The notes beneath the pieces are model-generated. The model saw only the letters and a program-made list of their open reading frames with translations. It was not told the DNA's origin and searched no databases. The position numbers were made by a program, and so were the translations under genes. 35,571 nt of DNA from Vicugna vicugna. Lineage: Eukaryota. Below are positions 1 through 14,324 of this stretch, one piece after another. The stretch covers positions 124,001-159,571 of the forward strand of contig MU058366.1 of NCBI GenBank assembly GCA_013265495.1. The letters are read 5' to 3'. Every line of letters starts with the position of its first letter. Positions within the stretch are counted from its first letter, which is position 1.

Positions 1-137
1 AGATGACCAGGAGCATCTCTGCCAATGAGTTCTTGGAGTTTGGCAGCTACCATGGTAACATGTTTGGCACCAAATTTGAAACAGTGCAGCAGATTCACAA
101 GCAGGACAAGATCGCCATCCTCGACATCGAGCCACAG
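1..137 (+). CDS. MPP1: MPP1 (p55 MAGUK) antepenultimate coding exon, 5'-truncated by window edge; guanylate-kinase-like domain
   Basis: Frame from 3 reads [45 protein letters not shown], matching the MPP1 GK domain; ends CAG|gtgtgt at 137/138. Confidence 0.96.
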
Positions 138-277
138 GTGTGTGGGCGGGAAAGGAGGAGCTCTGGCTGGCTTCATGCTCGGCCCCTGGTGACCTGGAGT
201 CGAGCACAGTGCCAGAAATGGTGACTGCTAACTCCAGTTTTCCCCTCCTTTCTTCCTTCCTCGGCTGCCTCTTCTAG

Positions 278-352
278 ACCTTGAAGATTGTTCGGACGGC
301 AGAACTTTCACCTTTCATCGTGTTTATCGCACCAACCGACCAGGGCCCCCAG
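278..352 (+). CDS. MPP1: MPP1 penultimate exon (75 nt)
   Basis: Polypyrimidine tract + tag|[31 protein letters not shown]|gtggga donor; phase 0 both sides. Confidence 0.96.
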
Positions 353-1766
353 GTGGGAATGAAGGGGTTGTGCGGGGCGGGCGGGCTTCACACTCCAGGC
401 CACGCAGACTGGGAGCCCGCGTCCCGTTCTGGGCCAGAGTGGTCACCGAAGCCTGGCTGCAGCTTGTGACCCAGTCTCCTGACAGCTCCCTGGCCCCTGC
501 TGGCCTTCCTGCAAGGCCCAGAAGCCATGTTCAGGTCACTCAGCAGACAGTTGTTAAGCCACTAGCTAGGCCGGTGCCTGGGCTTGGTAGCAGGGACAAA
601 GCAGGTCAGACACAGCCATTGTTTCAGAAGCACAGGTGCGCGAAGCAGGGGGAGCGGGAAGAGGCGACGCTGAACCCAGCACGCGGTGTGGCACGCCCTC
701 CCCACCCCCCAGGCACTTGCTGTTGCACTGAGCAGTGGAGATGAGTCCGGAGCCGCACATGGAGGCCTTCTCAGTCCTTCTTAGTGGCTGCATGGGCCCC
801 GAGGCACATACAGAGCAGAATTGCTTGGTTTCGTCATTCCCTTCTTGACGGCTACTGAGGTGGTGGAAAGCTGTTATCCAGCCCCATTTTAGGCCAGTGT
901 AGTGGAGGGGAAATGGAACGTCACTGCACTGAAGTGGCTGAGTGCCTGTCAGACCGCTGAGGGCCGTTTGTATTACCTCTTCTGTGAACTGCCTAGTCAG
1001 GTCTTTGCCTTAGTTCTCTGTCAGTTTGCTCTTAATTTCTAGGAACTCTGTTAAGTAGCCATTTGTGGTATCAGTTACAAATTGTTTTCCACCAGTTTGG
1101 CCGGGTTAGTTGGAGACCCTCTGAGAACTGCACTAGTCTTAACTACTGCCTCTCCATGCCCTAGTGTTAACATCCTCCGATGAGGTCTTCTGGGTTTAAG
1201 GTTTCTGTGTCTGTGTTGTTCGTGTGGTATCGCTAATCCCAGCTGCTTCCATTGAGAGTAGAGTGTCAGGCACAGTACTGAAGCTTGAATTACACGGTTC
1301 ACCCCAGGTCGGAATGAGTAGGACTTGAACTCCTGTTTGGGTGACTCCTGAGGCCGGGTGTCTTTCCTCAGCATCAGCAACCAAACTAGCAAATCTCTGT
1401 GGCTTTTCCATCTGGGGCACTGGCTGAAAGAGAGCGCCCTTGCCCCCGGGCCACCTCCCTCCAGGTCCCCGGCCCCATGGCCCTGTTCCCATCAGCTCCC
1501 CACAGGCTGCAGACCTTTATCCGCTCAGGCCCTGTGCTCAGGGTCCCTGTGCTCAGGGTCGACCCCAGTTACCACCAGCTTAGCCCAGTGCCCCCAGCTC
1601 TGCCAGGCCTGGGGCAGTGGCTGAGGCCCGACCACCATTTTGCCCTGGGGTGTTAGGGTTTAAGGTTTGAAGCTGGTGATTCAAAGCCAGGCAGTAGTCA
1701 CGAGACTACTCCCCCTTCGTCTGTCCCGCTGTAGCTCCCATCCTCGGCTCTTCCTCCCCCTTGCAG

Positions 1767-1943
1767 ACCGAAGCCCTGCAGCAGCTGCAGAAGGACTCGG
1801 AGGCCATCCGCAGCCAGTATGCTCACTACTTCGACCTCTCACTAGTCAATAACGGCGTCGAGGAAACCCTTAAGAACCTGCAAGAAGCCTTCGACCAGGC
1901 ATGCAGCTCTCCACAGTGGGTGCCTGTCTCCTGGGTTTACTAA
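1767..1943 (+). CDS. MPP1: MPP1 last coding exon
   Basis: cag|ACC acceptor; [61 protein letters not shown], the characteristic MPP-family C-terminus. Confidence 0.97.
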   Translation, partial: TEALQQLQKDSEAIRSQYAHYFDLSLVNNGVEETLKNLQEAFDQACSSPQWVPVSWVY

Positions 1944-2387
1944 GCCTTCAGAGGGCGGAACTACCATCCAACCCTCCAGCTTTTGGACTTCCATTCCTCT
2001 TGCTTTAAGACCAACAGGCTCGCCCCAGCTAGTTCTGTCAGCTTCCAGCTCTCCGCAAATACCCTAATTAGGCCAGTGGGCGTCAGTCTTGTTCAAGTTT
2101 CTGAAGGGCTGGGCTCTGATTTGCCTGATGGGCCCCATCAATTAGGATTTCAAAAGGATCTCTAGAAATTGGGGGCCAAAAGTACCATCCAAATGCAGCT
2201 GCTAATCAAAGATGGTGCACGTGGGGAGGGAAGTAATGGGCCCCGCCCCTCTAAGGCCTGCTCTCCTTTACCTTTAATCACATTTGTCTTTACTTTGAAG
2301 AAAGCAATTTTAACCGCAACTTTCTCAAACGCCAAATGAAACAGCTGTGCAATAGAATGATGTCTACTCTGGGAAACCCTCAAAAGC

Positions 2388-2410
2388 AATAAAAGCATTG
2401 CTGTATTAAA
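2388..2410 (+). terminator. MPP1: MPP1 polyadenylation signals (AATAAA 2388-2393, ATTAAA 2405-2410)
   Basis: Hexamers about 450 nt after the stop, followed by GT-rich ttgtatgtctctgggttt. Confidence 0.8.
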
Positions 2411-3159
2411 ATGCCGATGGCCTTGTATGTCTCTGGGTTTCCACCTGCGCCCCAAGACCCTGGGAAATGTTGCTGGCTTCAGCTCCAGAGGACGCCAGAT
2501 GCCTCTCCTGGGTTCAGAAGTCTCCCTTAAGCTTTTAACAACCTTGTCTAGAGGTCAGACTCCCGTGTGGATGCAGGTGGTGTATGTTGGACTAGGCACA
2601 TGTACACGGACATGCACACATGGGAGCAAAGGTGAAGGGGAGCACCCCACCACAGGCACACGATTCACTTCCCACTCAGACTTACTGGTGGCAGAGCAGG
2701 GGAAACTTAGTCAGGTTCCTGAGCGAGAGCAGCGGTGATGAGCCTCTCCTCGCTGTGTCCAGAGACTCCCCCAGAAACTGCTCATATTCCATTTTTGGCA
2801 CCAAAAACTAGAAGCAACCCTACACCTTTCTCTCACCCAGCCCCTTCTTTCCTGTCACTCAGCTGGCCAGCACAAGTTTGACCCAGATGTTTCTGCAGAC
2901 GCTTGAAGGGCCGTGGACTCCAGGCAACTCTGCCCAGGCCCGCTCTGCCACACTCAGGGCCAGCCAGCCGTCCGCTACTCTGTAGGTCCCTGAGCTCGAT
3001 CCCCTCTTTGCTATATCTAGTCAGCATGTTGAATGAGGATCCCAGAGCACTCAAGCCCCTGCCAGCATCAGGCCCAAAGGTGAATGCTGCAAGACACAGA
3101 ATCAAAAGTAACCAAAGGAAAAACATCAAATCCAAATAGGACATAGAGGCCCCTACATT

Positions 3160-3610
3160 TTTAATCAAAACATTTTTGTTCTACTAGGTTTGAGATAATC
3201 AGAAAATCCAACAGGAATACTTTAAAAACTTCATAAGTAAACTTTAATAAGTAAAAATTCCAACCTTCTCCCAGCAAGGAGTGATTGCCTCTTGAAAGTA
3301 AATGAGGGTTAGAAAGAAGAGAAGGAGGAATGGTTTTTTGGCTTCTGTCACAAATGTAAGTAGCCTGATGGAGTTAGGTGCAGGGGTTGGTACACACAAG
3401 CCTTGAAGAAGCGCACAAAAGACTACAATAGCCAGAGACAGCAAAGAGCTTACAAGACGGACGCCATGAGTCCTCAGCCAGGCCGGCATCTGGAAGGGAA
3501 ATGCGGATTGACAAAACGTGACTCACTCAGAGACTAGAACAGACCAGTGTCCTCACAGGACACTGGGAAAAAAGGTTTATCCCTTCGATGGCATCACAGT
3601 TCAGTTTATT
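3160..3610 (-). terminator. DKC1: DKC1 candidate polyadenylation signals (AATAAA 3610-3605; ATTAAA 3248-3243 and 3165-3160)
   Basis: Minus-strand hexamers downstream of the DKC1 stop codon. Confidence 0.6.
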
Positions 3611-3990
3611 TTTACTTGCTCTAGACCATCTCATTGAGCAGACTTTTAAAAAACTTTTTAAGCGAGGGAAGTGGGGAAGCCAACTAGGAGAGGAGTCCGG
3701 TGTCAGAATGGCCACCAGGAAACAGCTGCGGACAGTCACTGGCACTGCTCGGTCTGCAGGGTAGGCCGCTCAACTCTCCCAAGCAGAGAAGTGGGTGGTG
3801 GCAGATCGGCCTCCTGCAGCCCTATCCTTAAAACAGGACAAGGTGGACAACCACACCAGGTAACATCACCAAGGTCTCAGCAGGAGCTGAAGCGTGCCGG
3901 AACTCTCCCCCTCCCTTTTCCAGGATCTAAGTTCCATTCCCTCAATTAATTTCTCCTCCCAGCTGGACACAGCGCTTAAAGTGGTCTCCA

Positions 3991-4056
3991 CTACTCGGAA
4001 ACCATTTCCACTTTTATTTTCTTCTTCTTTTTCTTCTTTTTGGTGGTGTCACTGTC
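3991..4056 (-). CDS. DKC1: DKC1 exon 15 (last coding, Lys-rich NLS/NoLS)
   Basis: cag|GAC; DSDTTKKKKKKKKIKVEMVSE-TAG. Confidence 0.95.
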   Translation of the reverse strand, partial: DSDTTKKKKKKKKIKVEMVSE

Positions 4057-4416
4057 CTGGGAGAAAGAGGAAGAAAGCATCCGTTAACTGCTGCCACTCT
4101 CCCAGAAGGAAATCAGGGAAGTCTACACCGTCAGGTAAGCCTCCTGAGGCTCTCCAAGGGTATCCTGGGTTACACGAATTTTGAACTTAACACAGTCCTG
4201 AGTTTTTCAGTGACACCCCAGTGGTCTATTTTCAGAAACAGGAGTATTCAGATTCTGAAGTCACATATCGTCCCCACCCACCAACCACAGAATTCTGTGA
4301 GCAGTTACTATAAAGAGCTGGGGAGCCTCTGAATAACCAAGGCGGCACCACCGGGGCCTGTCCTCCCCTCTGAGGACCAGGTGAGCCCCAGTATCCCCAG
4401 ACGCGGCCATACACAC

Positions 4417-4545
4417 CCCATCGCCTGGCTGGCCCGTGCTCTCCGGGGCCACTTTGGTCTTCTTGTCCTTCTTCTTCTTCTTCTCCTTCTTGACCAGCTG
4501 TGGAGCCACTGGAGAGGTATCGTCACTTTCACTCTCTCGCTTCCG
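4417..4545 (-). CDS. DKC1: DKC1 exon 14 (129 nt)
   Basis: tag|CGG; RKRESESDDTSPVAPQLVKKEKKKKKDKKTKVAPESTGQPGDG; GGG|gtgtgt. Confidence 0.92.
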
Positions 4546-4987
4546 CTAAGGTGGAGACAGTTGATCAAATGTTAGGTCTTAGGCAAGAAAGGATGAGAAA
4601 GGTTAGCTTCAGTAAGAGGTGGGGAGCCAGCAGCAAAGATCCCAATTGGATGCAACCAGACAAGGCCCTGTTTACCAAGGGTTCAAATACAGCCCTGTCA
4701 CCAAAGGCCGGGCAAGCGCGGGCTCGGCAGGGGCAGCACAGCAGCGGCGCGTCCTCCACCAGCCCAGCCTCGCTGGCACAGAAGGCTGGACCACACGCCC
4801 CCATGGGTTCACCCACTAGTCCTGAAAGGCAGCGAGCCAGCCAGGAATTCACATCTGACTAGCCCAGGAGCAGCTCCTCTCAGGACACACAAGGTCTGAG
4901 GCAGAACGTTCTGCAGTCACCAAGACGAGCTGAACAGAACCACGTCTCTGAAAGGACAGCCCAGACCAACCACGGCGTGCCACTCAC

Positions 4988-5066
4988 CTTCGAGGCTTTC
5001 ACCGCTTCATCAGCCACCTGCGGGGCCTTCGCTGCTTTGGCCACCACCTCTCTCTTCACAGAATCG
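4988..5066 (-). CDS. DKC1: DKC1 exon 13 (79 nt)
   Basis: cag|C; (S)DSVKREVVAKAAKAPQVADEAVKASK; AAG|gtgagt. Confidence 0.93.
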
Positions 5067-5117
5067 CTGAAAGAGGAGACAGAGCAATAGCCGAGGTCCG
5101 CCAAATGGCTCCACTAG

Positions 5118-5245
5118 TGCTATCTGGCACGTCTAAAGCCACCATCAACGCGCTGACACTGGACAGAAGAACTCACCAGTCACTGTTGCAGACTGACTTC
5201 CTCTAGAGTCCCACGAGCCAGACTAGAAAGGGGTAACTGTCTGCG
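5118..5245 (-). ncRNA. SNORA56: H/ACA snoRNA SNORA56 (ACA56) in DKC1 intron 12
   Basis: Minus strand GCAGACAGTTACCCCTTTCTAGTCTGGCTCGTGGGACTCTAGAGGAAGTCAGTCTGC-A-ACAGTG-ACTGGTGAG...GCCAG-ATA-GCA; two hairpins; matches recalled SNORA56 and its known DKC1 intron 12 position. Confidence 0.9.
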
Positions 5246-5392
5246 ACGCAGGTGCACCCCCGCCGGCAGTCCAGGCGAACACCTGCTGCTGCTGCTCTAC
5301 GCCCGCCAGGGCCTCTCGAGCCACCACATCCACCCCTCGGGCTCCTGAACCTGCCATCCTCAGCTGGGGTCAACATACCGCCTCTGCCCTCA

Positions 5393-5521
<129 letters not shown>

Positions 5522-5714
5522 TTACCAGTGTCAACACACAGGGCAGGTCCTGACTGCACACATGGCTCCTGACTCTGCGCAGAGCACTCAGAACTCACCC
5601 CCTCCAACAGGAGCGACCATGGGACTTATCAAAGGTCGCAGAGCTTATTAATATTAGTGAGGGCCACTGCAGGGTCATACTGTGGCACCCCACCCCACCC
5701 CACCCCACTCTAAC

Positions 5715-6600
<886 letters not shown>

Positions 6601-6935
6601 CAATTTAAAACTCTAAGCTCTACTGTTTTGGAGATTTCCTTTGCTGAGGACTGTATATGGAGAAAATGCACCATTAGGGGAAGAAAGCCTGCAAAATCAT
6701 TTTAATTTATCAAGTTTAAAAAAAAAATACTGGTACGCATCACCCTAACAAAAAGCACTGGTTTCTGGGCCCTCAGACATGCAGTCCCCCTTCACTGATG
6801 GTTTACTCCTCACTGGAGAGCCAAACTGCTGAAACCCTCCTCCTTGCCTGTGCGCTCTGCTGTGACCACCCCCAGACCAGCGGTGGTGATTAGATCAACC
6901 CACCCAAGGGGCCAGGCCTTGGGGACCTCCTCTTA

Positions 6936-7334
<399 letters not shown>

Positions 7335-8712
7335 TTAAACCAAAATCCAGCTGTAGTTTTCTTGAATTGCTCTTCTCTATTCCTCATCATTAAGGGAAAA
7401 ATTCTGACATAGCTGGGAGATCTATTAGATTTATTAGTTGTAACAGGCTCCCAAAGTAACTCACAAACAAGACTGCCAAGGCCTGCAGAAGCAATCACAC
7501 AAGTTTTGGCACTTAATTTCTAGAACAGGTACAAGTTAAGGCCAAGTCTCTTAAGTTCAGCAGCACTCAATGCATCCAGTCTGCCTTGTGCCATCCTCAC
7601 TCACTCATCGTATTCCACCCTCCCTTGAAATCTGCAGACTGACCACAGCACAATGGTAGATCATTTATGTTGTTCTGTTTATGTAATTAAGTTTTTTCAA
7701 TCTTTATAGGGGCATGTTTTAGTATACCTCTTTTTGTCTTTTATTACAAACTACAACATCTATACAGTTTAACTCACCAGACACCTATTAATTTGAAACC
7801 TGAATATGGATAATCAGCAAGCTCAAATTATTAAATATATACAGAAATTTGAATTTTTTAAAATTGTACTGCTAGGTAATACTGAACAATAAATGATTAT
7901 GCACTTGGCCACAAAAACAACCTTACTTATAAAAGGCCACATTCCCTGATCATAACATAATATCATTGGAAATAAAAGAGCTATTTACACAATTCTGGAC
8001 TACTTGGAAAGTACAAAACTCATCCTTGTATCGCTACTAAAGAGGAAACCCAAACCAAATAACTGCATATTTATTTTTATCATTAAGAGGATTAGTCTCT
8101 ATAAAATTATTTAGTAAATTAAATACACTAAGAAAAAAGGCTCAGTAAGTTCAGTGATGTTTAGGTTTTACAGCCTCAAAGTAACATTTATTTAAACAAA
8201 ATAAAGCTTTTATTGAGATTCCTAAAGGAAAAGAAAAGAACCCAATCTCTGAAACTTTCTAGTCTTTTTATCCCCATCAGAACGACAGCTATAGCAGCAA
8301 TTTCGGTAAATCAAGGGTTCTGAGGCACATACGGAACTACCAGTTCGCAGGAGGGCAACTGTTTTGTACCACCGCCAGTCTATTTCTTGAACTAAGTCAC
8401 TTACCTTGGGAGAATCTTAAAGTAAATGTTTAATTATCTTGCTTTGTTGAAATGGAATTAGACCTAGCATTAAACTTTTATTGTATTTCGTCTTGATTTA
8501 ATAAAGTTAATTATAAATACTTCCATTAACAAAAAAATTTAAAATAGAAGAATCCAGTGTCCAATCTACGAGACTGAAAAAAAAAAAACCCAAAGGAAAA
8601 TAATAATTACAAGTTCAAAAAGCCGTATTTCACCTCTTTAAAGAGAATGAAGTTTTCAGAACAGGCACCACATCTCATTTTTGAAGTCACATGTTGTCTA
8701 ACCATGGACTCA

Positions 8713-8895
<183 letters not shown>

Positions 8896-9061
8896 TTACT
8901 GAAGTGTCATTGTATGTCCAATAGCCAAATGGACCTCAAGCTTCCAAACGCTGATTCAATTTTGTCTTGTCTGCTAGTCCAAGCTCATCAATCTTCAGTG
9001 TCTAGATTCACCCCTATTCTGGATATCTTAAACTGCTGCCAGATTAAATCTAAGCAGGCAT

Positions 9062-9453
<392 letters not shown>

Positions 9454-9611
9454 CTAAGTAAATATGTCACTGGTTGAGAAGCCCAGTTATTGTCCATTTG
9501 CACCAGTGAAACCAGAGACAAGACACAGGCCATGATTACAGCATATCCTAAGGCATCTCCTTTTAACAGAATACAGTTGTCAAGAATGCACTCCTGCCCA
9601 CGTATGCTCTA

Positions 9612-9890
<279 letters not shown>

Positions 9891-10072
9891 TTAGGGTCTA
9901 AAAGGCCCTTTCAATGGTTGATTCTTCAACTACAGAGACCCTTTCCTCAGAAGGGAGGTGATCGGAAGTGCCCCTGCCACCTGCAGTCACCCTTACAGGT
10001 TGGCTAGAGCAGCCCATTGAAAAGGACACACAAGAGGCCGTCCAGGAAAGCCAACCTGTCTCCAAATACCTA

Positions 10073-10222
<150 letters not shown>

Positions 10223-10640
10223 TTATCACTCCCATTTTGAGCAGCCAGAAAAAGCAGGCAGTATGACCTCCTGTTTCTCTAAAATGTACATTAAGACAGA
10301 TTTCATGGTGCAGATGTGGGAAAGGAATGAAGATAACTCTTTCACAGAGAGTTCAACTTCCATCATGCGGACAGGACAGTTGGGGTGCGCTACAAGGTCT
10401 GCCTGGAAATAACCTTGCAAGATCAAGCAGAATCTTCCCAGATGAGATGAGAGGGACAGGAACTTTGGGCAGAAGCAGAATGGATGGTGGAAGAGCCTGG
10501 AGCGGTAAGCCTAGAGCGGGACTCGGTGCTAGAAATATGACTAGTACCTAGAAGAACCCCAAGAAAGGCAGACCCACCAGGACCTGGCAGAAGACAGAAG
10601 GCACGCAGAAACCAAGAGTATCCCTGCTTATGAGCTTTTA

Positions 10641-10961
<321 letters not shown>

Positions 10962-11068
10962 TCATCAGTTCTGGTCCTCTACTGAATACTAAACCTTAAG
11001 AGTGAAAAACAGCAGAAAGACTTCACCATGGGTACAGGTTCTATGACATTCAGGGCAATGCTATTCTA

Positions 11069-11248
<180 letters not shown>

Positions 11249-12532
11249 CTAGAAAGCAATGATACAACACAAAATAAACAAATCACTACCACTACCAACC
11301 ATGATATGGTTGGGGTTCTTTTCTTAACTTGGATTTTGCTCCTATATGTTCAGTATCTGCTGTGACAGACTGTCAAGCCTCTTTACTGGGAATGCTACTC
11401 ATATGAGTAAGAACCAATCTGATCACTCCTCTAGAAAGAGACTTTTGGGGTACTACAGAACACAGTGGGCTTCACTGTGTGGGCTTAAAAAATAAAACCT
11501 GTGCTAGTCTTTTCTCCAGGAACAAATGGAACTAAACTGAGGAGGACGGGCCACCAGCTGGTTCCTGCCCTAGTGCGCTCATCTCGCCCCTCTCACGCCT
11601 GCTCCTTTTCACTCTCCTTTCCAAAGCTCAGCCACCAGTCGGAAAGTTCCCTTCAACTGAAGCCCATCTTCCCTATCACTCAGTTTCGCTTCATCTTGGT
11701 ACTTAACACAACCAGCAACTTTTTAAAAACTGTCTGTATTTCCTGACCCTAGATTTGAAGTTCCATAACAGCAGGAGCATTGCCTACCCAGTTCACTAGC
11801 AGATGAAAACAGACAAGCAGATGCTACCTAATTGGCAGACATGTCTGGCCAAGCTGAAATTCAACTGGATTGAATTATACAAGCAAATCTCATTTCATCT
11901 CATATATATTGGTTTGTTCAAACACTCTGCCAAGGGGTCTTTCAGTAACTTCCCTCCTAATGTCATAGCTGGTGCCCACTATGTCACTCGTGAAACTTCT
12001 CATTCAGTTCGTTACTGAACTATCCCATTTAAAGGCCAACACAATACTCAGTAACTTCCAGAGAACTACATGCCAGACATTGTGGCCAAACACATTTCAT
12101 AATCACGACCTGCAGCTCCCAGGTTGCTTTCACAAAGAAAATACTATTTGCCAACAGCCTCAGAAAGATTAAATAGTGGACCTAAGGTCACATACTAGTC
12201 TGGCTTCAAAGTGTACGCTCTCAAGCAGGTCCCACTCCACAAACTGGTACAGGTCTGTATGGTGAAGCTAAGTACAGAAATTGAATATTGTATATAAATT
12301 TTGATAGCAGTTTGAGGTTGCTACATTTTAACTGTATTCTACAACAGTGTTGGCTGTGTTGGAAATAAAGAACCCCCCCAAAACCTGGTTTTTCATGTCA
12401 GACACCTTGAGGAACACTGCTTTAGTTATCATTTAGCATTCCCTAAGTCCTAAGGATGTGCTCTTAACCAACTGCCTACCTAATATTCAGAAATAATGTA
12501 AAAGCCAGGCACTGACCTGATGCATAGTTTTA

Positions 12533-12739
<207 letters not shown>

Positions 12740-12913
12740 TTACCAAGAGAAAAAAAAGAAATGAAGAACTCAGAAGGGTACGTGAAGTTAGTTTCTACAA
12801 GACAACTCAATTCCAGCCCGCTGCTTAAAAACGTTTAAAAACAGTTATTTTCTGTAGTCATCTAGTTAACTTTTTTTCCCCCTCAAAGCAAAGTAAAATA
12901 TATTCCTACTCAC

Positions 12914-12981
12914 TGCTACATCTTCTTCCGGCAATGATTTCCGCTCTTTTTTCTTCTTATGTTTCTTCGGCAAGATAAATA
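12914..12981 (-). CDS. DKC1: DKC1 exon 2 (68 nt; N-terminal NLS)
   Basis: aag|TA; (V)[25 protein letters not shown]|gtgagt. Confidence 0.95.
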
Positions 12982-13172
12982 CTTGGGAAAAAACACACAC
13001 ACACACAGGAGTTGGGGAGTTTTCCCGGAAATGCAGGCAATAAAGTTTACAGTAGAGAATAAAATTGGGGCAAGTAGAAAATGGATGTTTGGTCTAAGAT
13101 TATGGGGAAAAGTAGGTGTGTTAAAGGCAAGTGCGCGGGCTGCACGGCTGGGGAGCCGACAGCAAGCAGTCG

Positions 13173-13208
13173 CACGTGTCAGCGGCTTCCATTCCGGTTC
13201 ACCACGTG
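13173..13208. promoter_or_regulatory. Two canonical E-boxes (CACGTG 13173-13178, 13203-13208) in DKC1 intron 1
   Basis: Exact motifs in the CpG island; DKC1 is an established MYC target. Confidence 0.65.
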
Positions 13209-13708
13209 GCCGTGGCGGGGCTTAAACTTGCCGAAGTGCTCGGCCGGCAGACCGGTAAGTTCCATAAGTGACCCCGAAGGCTGTGGCCCCTAAACTTTCT
13301 TTCGACTTAAAACCGTGCAGGTGCCGACACCCGAGCACTGGGCCCTGGGCCCTGGGCCCCTTTCCTGCCCCGCGCGTTCCTATCACCTTTTCTTCCCTTC
13401 ACCGCGCGGCGCCGCCCGCGACGTCCGAGGTGGCGGCGGCAGACGCCTTCCGACGGCGACCCGGGCCCTAAGGGGACTGTACCGTCGGCGGGAGACCCGG
13501 GGCTCGCGACGTCACGTCACTGCGGGGGCCTCTGGTTCTTCTGCCCACACCCATGGGGCCAAGGCCAAGCGACAAGGTCGGCAGGAGGCCCGGAGGCTGC
13601 AGCTCGGGCCGCGACGTTGTCCCCCCAGCCCCCCGGCTCTCCGAGCGGGCGGCGCTGGTTCCAGCCCGGAGCACTCAGCCCGGCCACCCGCCAGGGAACG
13701 ACTCTTAC

Positions 13709-13724
13709 CTTCCTCATCCGCCAT
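13709..13724 (-). CDS. DKC1: DKC1 exon 1 coding part (16 nt, MADEE)
   Basis: Kozak ggcaacATGG; ATG GCG GAT GAG GAA G|gtaaga; the 15 exons sum to 1533 nt with phases consistent. Confidence 0.96.
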
Positions 13725-13915
13725 GTTGCCCAGCGGAGCGTGCAAACCGCGTGGGCCACCGCCGAAGGAACGACCGTAGACTCCCACCGCCGTCAGGCCT
13801 TGCCGCTAGCTAGGGCCCGCCCACCTGCGCGCCGCCCCGTACGTGTCGCGCCGTGGGGCGCGGACAGGCTGGCGGGGCAGAGCCCGCAGCGCGCGCGGGA
13901 CGCCGGCACCATCTC

Positions 13916-13983
13916 ATTGGCGGGCTGGCCCCGTTGGTGGCGCGTCTGCGCATGCGCATTGAGCCTCGCCCCGCCCTCATTGG
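13916..13983 (-). promoter_or_regulatory. NRF1 palindrome (TGCGCATGCGCA 13947-13958) flanked by two CCAAT boxes (13916-13920, 13979-13983) and a GC box
   Basis: Exact consensus motifs about 200-260 nt upstream of the DKC1 ATG. Confidence 0.75.
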
Positions 13984-14324
13984 CTCGGTCTGAGAGCGCC
14001 TGCGCAGCCCGCCCTCGCCGCCCGTAACCTGTGGGCGTGACAACCGTTCTCTTCTCTTCCCTGGGTTTAACCCCGGCGTGGGTACCTCGTAAGCCCGCTG
14101 AGCGCTCCTTACTTTTGCTCACCAACCGTTTAAGGTTGGTGTTGGATCAGTCCTATTGGAAAAATGACGTTTTACCCACAGAGAGCTTGAAAATCCTTTG
14201 CTATTTTTAAAAAATTCACATCCAGCTAGAACGGCGCTGGCCAATAGGAATAGAGTGCGAGCCACTTGTGGCGTTTTAAATTCCAGCAGCCACTTGGACA
14301 AACGTGAAACTGATTCTAATACCA

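Larger units (their letters stand above)
13130..14110. promoter_or_regulatory. DKC1: CpG island / DKC1 promoter and exon 1
   Basis: Very high GC and CpG density; GC boxes; no obvious TATA. Confidence 0.9.

Noticed and set aside
370..1656. ORFs of 75-124 aa in the last MPP1 intron
   Set aside because: No homology recognised, mostly non-ATG starts, and MPP1 exons splice in frame without them
12220..12420. Possible DNA-transposon relic in DKC1 intron 3
   Set aside because: Too degenerate to assign or bound by eye
13268..14125. Many overlapping ORFs on both strands at the DKC1 promoter
   Set aside because: Typical GC-rich spurious ORFs with no recognisable domain
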